DNA of 64,000 nucleotides. Origin: Verrucomicrobiales bacterium (GTDB taxonomy: Bacteria > Verrucomicrobiota > Verrucomicrobiia > Verrucomicrobiales > V1-33). Below are positions 58,083-64,000 of the stretch, piece by piece. Under the pieces are notes generated by a model, which was given only the letters and a program-made list of their open reading frames with translations, did not search any database and had not been told where the DNA came from. Within the stretch, counting starts at the first letter, position 1. Every line of letters starts with the position of its first letter. The translations under genes and the position numbers were made by a program. The stretch spans positions 1-64,000 of the forward strand of contig JANOAV010000035.1 in NCBI GenBank assembly GCA_031411295.1. Reading direction: 5' to 3'.

Positions 58083-61000
58083 ATGATCCGCCGCCTTATT
58101 CCTCTTTTAGCCGCAGTCGGCCTCGTGCAGCATGCCTCAGCCTCGGCAGATTCCGTGGTGGTTTTCAATGAACTGCAATACCATCCTGCGGGCCTCACGG
58201 AAGCGGGTGAGTATGTGGAACTGTTCAATCAACAAGGCATCAAGGTGGACGTTTCCGGCTGGAGGATCGACGGCATTGGCTACACGTTTCCTGCTAATAC
58301 CATTATCAATCCAGGGGCTTACCTCGTGGTGGCCAAGACCCCAGCGGTCGGGCAGTTAGGACCATTCACGGGCAATCTTGCCAACGACGGTCAGAAGCTG
58401 CGACTGATCAATCAGAGCGACCGCATGATGGATGAGATCAGCTACGGGGATGATGATCCGTGGCCCGCTGGGGCCGATGGCTCGGGGTTCACCCTCGCCA
58501 AGAAATTGCCCTACACCGACAGCGGGCGACATGCCAACTGGACCATCAGCCGGCAGCAAAATGGCACCCCGGGCACGCTCAATTTCCCAGACACGGGACC
58601 GCCCCCGGTGAGCACGATAAATTTATTCAACCTCAACAACCCGTGGCGCTACAATCAGAAAGGCCCCGGTTATGATGCCACCTGGCCCACCGTAGCCCAC
58701 GCCGTGGGCGGAACCGGCGTAAATACGTGGGCTTCCGGCCCGGGCGCGCTGGCTTATGAAACCAGCGCCACCGTTCCCATCGGAACGACCCTGACATTTC
58801 CCAACTTGAATTCGCCTTATGTCATCACCTACTATTTTGAAACGGAGTTCAATCTCACGTCGCAGCAACTAGCCAGCATTTCCACGCTCAAACTCAAGCA
58901 TGCCTTGGATGATGGCGCGGTCATTTATCTCAATGGCGTGGAGGCCACGCGCGTGAATATGCCCGCAGGCACCATCACTGCGACCACGCTGGCTTCTACT
59001 AACGTGGAGGCGGGAACAGCGCTTTCGGCTTACGTTCCCCTACCCAGTAATGCGCTGGTGGCGGGAAGCAATCGACTGTCCGTCGAAGTCCATCAGTTTG
59101 CCTCGGGAAATAGTGACATTGTGTGGGGCGCGCAGTTGGATCTGGACGTCTTCGATCCGGTGCCTGGATCGGCTCCGCCGTTGCGTCTGAGCGAAATGCC
59201 CAAGTCTAACGAAGCCGCTTGGTGGGTGGAAATCGTCAACACCGGAGGCGGCAGCGTTGACCTCACGGGGGCCATCCTCAGCATCGATGGGGATTCCGCT
59301 CGCGAGTATGCGCTTCCGGCGGGGACGTTGGCGGGAGGTGGATTCCTCCTGCTGAATCAAGCCACGTTAGGGTTCCGTCCGCTCGATGGGGAGAAAATAT
59401 TCCTCTACACCGCAGGCAAGATCGCCCTGATGGATGCCCGCCAACAAACGGGGCGGCTCCGGGGACGGGCCGACTCCCGTGGTGGCGAATGGGCTTACCC
59501 CTCGGCGGCAACTCCCGGAACTGCGAACACGTTTGTTTTCAACGACAGCATCGTTATCAGTGAACTGCAATACAATCCGCCCGCCATCGCTCCCGTGCCC
59601 GCCATTCCAGCGACCTTTCAGAATGATCCACTCATCGCCTATGCCGACGCTTGGCGCTACAATGCGGCGGACGAAAACCTTCCCACGAACTGGGCGACCG
59701 TTATGCACGCCGTCGGTGGCAACTGGAAGTCTGGCAATGCCCCCATCGGCGTGGAATCAGCCGTGCTACCCGTCCCGCTCGTGACCGTGTTGGCACCCTA
59801 TGTCCCGGCCACCGTGACGTATTATTTCGAACGAGACTTTACGGTAACCGCCTTACAATTGGCCAATGCCACCTCGCTGGAAATTACGCATCAGATCGAT
59901 GACGGGGCGATTTTCTATCTCAACGGCGTGGAGCTTCCTTCGCGCTTCAACATGCCCGCAGGTGCCGTGAATCCCGAAACTCTAGCCACTCCCAGTGTGG
60001 GGGATGCCGCGCTGAACACCCTGGTGATTCCCACCGCCGGGCTGCTGCTGGGCGCGAACCGTCTGTCCGTGGAGGTGCACCAAAGCGGCACTGGCAGCAG
60101 CGACATTGTCTTCGGCATGAAAATGGACGCCCGCGTGCAACTCACGCCAGGCACGCCGGCGCAACCGTTGACCAATTCCAATAACCAATGGCTGGAACTT
60201 ACGAATCGCAGTGCCGCTCCAGTCAACCTAACCGGCTGGGATTTCGAGGACGGCATCGCGTTTGCCTTTGCGGCCAATACCAGCCTGGCCCCGGGCGAAC
60301 GCGCCTGCATCGTGCGGGATGCCGCTCTGTTTTCGGCGGCGTTTCCAACCGCACGCGTGCTGGGAACCTTTACTGGATCGATGTCCCGCAGTGGCGAGGA
60401 AATCGTGCTGCGAGACGCCTTGCGCAATAGCGTGGACGTAGTGCGGTATTTTGATAGTGGAGCCTGGCCGGAGTATGGCGATGGCGGTGGCTCCAGCATT
60501 GAGTTGCGCGATCTCGACGCGGATAACAACGTTGGTGGAGCCTGGGCCGCAAGTGACGAAAGTAGCCGCACCGCCTGGAGAACCTATACCTACAGCGGCA
60601 CGGCAGTCGCCAGCAATGGACCGGACGGTCAGTGGTTGGAATTCAACATGGGCATGCTGGGAGCCGGGGAAGTCTGGATTGATGATCTCAGCGTCATCGA
60701 GAATCCCGCCGGAGCCGCCACCCAGAAGATCACCGACCCCAGTTTCAACAATGCCGCAGCGTGGCGTCTACGGGGGAATCATCGCGCCAGTCAGGTCATC
60801 CCGGAACCTGGAAATGCGGGCAACAACATCCTTCGCCTCGTCGCCAGCGGTCCCACCGAGCACATGCACAATCAGATCGAAACCACGCTCGTGAGTGCCA
60901 TTACCAACGGCCTGCCATATACCATCAGCTTCCGCGCCCGTTGGGTCACCGGCAGTAATCAACTCCACACGCGATGCTATTTCAACCGCCTCGCCAAAGT

Positions 61001-63629
61001 AAACGTGATTGACCGCCCCGCCAATCCCGGCACGCCCGGAGTGGTGAATTCCCGCAATCTCACGAACGCCGGCCCCACCCTCACGAACCTGAATCACTCC
61101 CCAGCCGTGCCCGCCGTCAATGCCATCGCCACCGTCTCCTGCACCGCCACGGACCCCGATGGCGTGGGAGCCATGACGCTGTTTTACTCCGTAAATGGAG
61201 CGGCCTTTGCCAACACTAGCATGACCCCCAGCGGTGGTGGGAAATACTCCGGCAGCATCCCCGGCCAGGCCGCTGGAGCGGTCGTCCAATTCTATATTAG
61301 GGGCACCGACAGCCTCGGCGTAAACGAATTCTATCCCGCTCTGGGGCCGAATTCCCGGGCTCTCTATAAAGTTCAAGATGGGGTGGCCGCCACCAATGGC
61401 TGGCATAATTTCCGCGTCATCACCACCAACGCCGATCGGGACTGGATGCACACGAGCATCAACGTCATGAGCAATGACCGCATCGAATGCACCGTGATCG
61501 ATCGCGAAGGGGACATTTACTACAATGCCGGCCTGCGCTTGAAGAGTAGCGAGCGAGGTCGGGATAATACGAGCCGCGTGGGCTACAACATCGACTTCCC
61601 CTCCGACGGCCTCTACCGGGGCGTGCACGGGGGCGTGGCGGTGGACCGCTCGGAAGGGCAGGCTCCGGGCCAGTTGGAACTGCTCTTTGACATGATGATC
61701 TCGAATAGCGGCGGCCCGATCAGTCGTTACTACGATTTCGTCAAAGTCCTCTCTCCTAACAGCCTCCTGACCGGCGGGGCCACGCTGCAGATGGCGATCT
61801 ACAACGATATCTTCCTGGATGAGCAATTTGAAAACGGCTCGGACGGCACGCTCTACGAATACGAGTTTATTTATTTTCCCACCACCACCGACAACGGCAG
61901 TCCCACCGGAAACAAACTGCCCCAGCCTGATGGCATTAACGGCGTGGGCATCACCAATCTGGGCGATGATCCCGAACGCTATCGGATGCATTTTCTCAAT
62001 AAGATCAATCGGGAGGCGGACAATTTTGCGCCCATCATGAACTATTGTAAACTCTTCAGCACCTCCGGGACAGAGTTTGAAACCCTACTCCCGCAACGCA
62101 TGGACCTCGATATCTGGTTCCGTGGCATGGCCTACGCAGTGCTCAGCGGAGCGGGTGATAACCACGCGGCAGGCGACGGCCATAACGGCATTTTTTACGC
62201 CCGGCCCGATGGCCGCGTCATTTTCCTGCCGCATGACATGGACTTTTCTTTCGACGCCACCCGCAGCATTACCGCCAATGCTCAGTGCGCCACGCTGACC
62301 GCCAATCCTGCGCGACGTCGGCAGTATTTCGGCCACCTCCAGGACATCATCACCACGACTTATAACAACAGCTACATGTCCCTCTGGACCAATCATTTCG
62401 CTACGCTGGACCCCTCGCAGCCCTGGGCCAACCACCTCAGTTACATGACGACGCGGAGCAACAATGTGCTCGCCCAGATCTCCGCCGCCATTCCCAGTGT
62501 CGCCTTCGCCATCACCACCCCAAGCCCACTCGTGGTTGCCTCCAGCAGCGCGATCATCACTGGCAACGGTTGGGTGGACGTGCGGGAAATCCGCGTCCTC
62601 GGCAGCACCGAAGCGCTCGCGGTCACTTGGACCGGCACCAGCACTTGGCAAGTCACGGTGCCAGCCCCGCCGGGCGCAAACGTCGTCACCCTGCAGGCGG
62701 TAAATTTCTCCGGCACCGTCATTGGCACCGCTACGATCACGGTCAACAACACCACCACCGTGCAGCCCGGCAGCGCCACGAATCTGGTCGTCTCCGAACT
62801 CATGTATCACCCAGGCGACCCCACCGCTGGGGAGATTACCGCAGGCTTTGTTGATTCCGATCAGTTTGAATGGATCGAGCTGCAAAACATCAGCGCTTCC
62901 GTGGTTGACCTGACTGGCGTGAGTTTCACTGGCGGCATCTTTTATGACTTTGCCCAGGGTCTCATGCTCCAGCCCGGAGCACGCATCGTCGTCGCCCGGG
63001 AACGCGCAGCCTTCCTCTCTCGTCATCCCGGAGCCTCCGGCAGCCTTGCCACGGGGTCCTTCCTCAACGCTAGTGCGCTCAACAACGGAGGCGAAAATTT
63101 GCTGCTCGTCGGAGCCGCGGGAGCCATCATCAAGGACTTTACTTACGATGACAACGCACCCTGGCCCACCGCCGCCGATGGCGTGGGCTACAGCCTCGTC
63201 CTAATTGCCCCGCAAACCAACCCCGATCATAACCTCGCAGCCAACTGGCGCCTCGGATCGCTTCCGGGCGGAAATCCCGGCACCACCGACGCCACCACCT
63301 TCACGGGCAATCCCAATGCGGATGCCGACCAGGACGGGCTAACCGCCCGCATCGAATACGCCCTCGGCACCAGCGATACCGTTTCCAATAGCAGCGGAGT
63401 GACTGCCAGTTTCGATCAGGATAATTTCCTAACCCTAACTTACACCCGCAAACTCGCAGCCGAAGACTTCATCACCGAGCCCCAATCCTCCAAGGATCTC
63501 ACCAACTGGACCTCCGACTTCACCATCACCGAAGCCCCACTCGGCAACGGCACCGTGCTCGTCACGGCCCGTTCCAACACCCCTGCCACCACCCGCAACT
63601 ACGGCCGGGTCACGGTGCGGGCACGGTAG
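58083..63629 (+). CDS. Lamin-tail-domain / CotH-kinase-like secreted protein
   Basis: Repeated (V/I)(N/S)ELxYxP...E(Y/W)(V/I)EL.N LTD motifs; duplicated DDGA.FYLNGVE modules; CotH-like HN...FLPHDMD. Confidence 0.88.
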   Translation: MIRRLIPLLAAVGLVQHASASADSVVVFNELQYHPAGLTEAGEYVELFNQQGIKVDVSGWRIDGIGYTFPANTIINPGAYLVVAKTPAVGQLGPFTGNLANDGQKLRLINQSDRMMDEISYGDDDPWPAGADGSGFTLAKKLPYTDSGRHANWTISRQQNGTPGTLNFPDTGPPPVSTINLFNLNNPWRYNQKGPGYDATWPTVAHAVGGTGVNTWASGPGALAYETSATVPIGTTLTFPNLNSPYVITYYFETEFNLTSQQLASISTLKLKHALDDGAVIYLNGVEATRVNMPAGTITATTLASTNVEAGTALSAYVPLPSNALVAGSNRLSVEVHQFASGNSDIVWGAQLDLDVFDPVPGSAPPLRLSEMPKSNEAAWWVEIVNTGGGSVDLTGAILSIDGDSAREYALPAGTLAGGGFLLLNQATLGFRPLDGEKIFLYTAGKIALMDARQQTGRLRGRADSRGGEWAYPSAATPGTANTFVFNDSIVISELQYNPPAIAPVPAIPATFQNDPLIAYADAWRYNAADENLPTNWATVMHAVGGNWKSGNAPIGVESAVLPVPLVTVLAPYVPATVTYYFERDFTVTALQLANATSLEITHQIDDGAIFYLNGVELPSRFNMPAGAVNPETLATPSVGDAALNTLVIPTAGLLLGANRLSVEVHQSGTGSSDIVFGMKMDARVQLTPGTPAQPLTNSNNQWLELTNRSAAPVNLTGWDFEDGIAFAFAANTSLAPGERACIVRDAALFSAAFPTARVLGTFTGSMSRSGEEIVLRDALRNSVDVVRYFDSGAWPEYGDGGGSSIELRDLDADNNVGGAWAASDESSRTAWRTYTYSGTAVASNGPDGQWLEFNMGMLGAGEVWIDDLSVIENPAGAATQKITDPSFNNAAAWRLRGNHRASQVIPEPGNAGNNILRLVASGPTEHMHNQIETTLVSAITNGLPYTISFRARWVTGSNQLHTRCYFNRLAKVNVIDRPANPGTPGVVNSRNLTNAGPTLTNLNHSPAVPAVNAIATVSCTATDPDGVGAMTLFYSVNGAAFANTSMTPSGGGKYSGSIPGQAAGAVVQFYIRGTDSLGVNEFYPALGPNSRALYKVQDGVAATNGWHNFRVITTNADRDWMHTSINVMSNDRIECTVIDREGDIYYNAGLRLKSSERGRDNTSRVGYNIDFPSDGLYRGVHGGVAVDRSEGQAPGQLELLFDMMISNSGGPISRYYDFVKVLSPNSLLTGGATLQMAIYNDIFLDEQFENGSDGTLYEYEFIYFPTTTDNGSPTGNKLPQPDGINGVGITNLGDDPERYRMHFLNKINREADNFAPIMNYCKLFSTSGTEFETLLPQRMDLDIWFRGMAYAVLSGAGDNHAAGDGHNGIFYARPDGRVIFLPHDMDFSFDATRSITANAQCATLTANPARRRQYFGHLQDIITTTYNNSYMSLWTNHFATLDPSQPWANHLSYMTTRSNNVLAQISAAIPSVAFAITTPSPLVVASSSAIITGNGWVDVREIRVLGSTEALAVTWTGTSTWQVTVPAPPGANVVTLQAVNFSGTVIGTATITVNNTTTVQPGSATNLVVSELMYHPGDPTAGEITAGFVDSDQFEWIELQNISASVVDLTGVSFTGGIFYDFAQGLMLQPGARIVVARERAAFLSRHPGASGSLATGSFLNASALNNGGENLLLVGAAGAIIKDFTYDDNAPWPTAADGVGYSLVLIAPQTNPDHNLAANWRLGSLPGGNPGTTDATTFTGNPNADADQDGLTARIEYALGTSDTVSNSSGVTASFDQDNFLTLTYTRKLAAEDFITEPQSSKDLTNWTSDFTITEAPLGNGTVLVTARSNTPATTRNYGRVTVRAR

Positions 63630-63650
63630 ATGTCCCCTAAGCGATCGGAC

Positions 63651-63885
63651 GACCCGGAGGGTCAACAAGAGAGTAGCCGGGGTGACCGAGGAACGAGGGA
63701 ACCCCCGGTAACTCAAGGATTCGCCACCGCCCCGGCAGCGGCGGGAGAAAGGACCATGGCTAGATTTCAATGGCTATGGGCGGTTCTCGCGTCCCTGCCG
63801 GGACGCTTTTCCAATTACCTGCAATCCGGGGATTCCGGTCGTTCCTCCCTGCATCCCCGGCTACTATCTTTTGACCCTCCGGGTC
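63651..63885. repeat. ~235-bp nested inverted-repeat element (REP/MITE-like)
   Basis: Outer arms gacccggagggtcaa..agtagccgggg / ccccggctact..ttgaccctccgggtc; inner pairs gaggaacga/tcgttcctc and ccggcag/ctgccgg. Confidence 0.8.
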
Positions 63886-63964
63886 ATCAAACCCTTATTT
63901 CATATGGAACACAGCCTTAACTTTTTGTCCTGCAACCACCGATGCCACCTTGAGCAATAACTTC

Positions 63965-63999
63965 TTGCTTTATAACTCACGATTTGGTATAATCGTGAG
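63965..63999 (+). promoter_or_regulatory. Sigma70 promoter with operator palindrome, for a gene beyond the window
   Basis: TTGCTT-17 nt-TATAAT with extended TG; inverted repeat ctcacgatt/aatcgtgag around the -10. Confidence 0.7.
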
Positions 64000-64000
64000 C

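Noticed and set aside
60768..63026. 407-aa and 313-aa minus-strand ORFs
   Set aside because: Antisense shadows of the LTD/CotH gene in GC-rich sequence
1..64000. CRISPR array, tRNA, rRNA
   Set aside because: No regularly spaced repeats or recognisable structural RNA genes seen by eye; a covariance-model scan was not possible

Overview
This 64-kb window is bacterial chromosome, most likely from Verrucomicrobiota (inferred from DUF1501, lamin-tail/CotH, DPxxAxxW helical-repeat and kinase-PEGA-FGE proteins and from scattered biosynthetic genes). Most of it is housekeeping: a NitT/TauT ABC transporter, hisF, truA, rpe, mutL, iscA-like, rpmF/yceD, trpA, lptD and htpG. Three things stand out. (1) An unusual respiratory operon (29.8-38.9 kb, minus strand) lies behind a perfect Rex-type operator. 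It opens with a CcoN homolog lacking all canonical metal ligands, then a CcoO-like cytochrome with His at the axial Met position and a cytochrome c. These precede an A-type oxidase whose subunit I lacks the K-channel lysine and whose subunit III carries a ~285-aa soluble insertion. (2) An AT-richer ~7.6-kb island is bounded by an 87-bp duplication of the htpG 3' end with only synonymous differences. It carries glycosyltransferases, three helical-repeat proteins, a ROK-like protein and a Tat-signal gene held out of frame by an (AG)9 tract, a candidate phase-variation switch. (3) Three unrelated large secreted proteins share a C-terminal S-x-(D/S)-L...W...R-x-(F/Y)-x-R domain, a candidate sorting signal. 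No rRNA, tRNA, CRISPR array, integrase or IS transposase was recognised. All family calls come from motif recognition by eye; no database searches were run.
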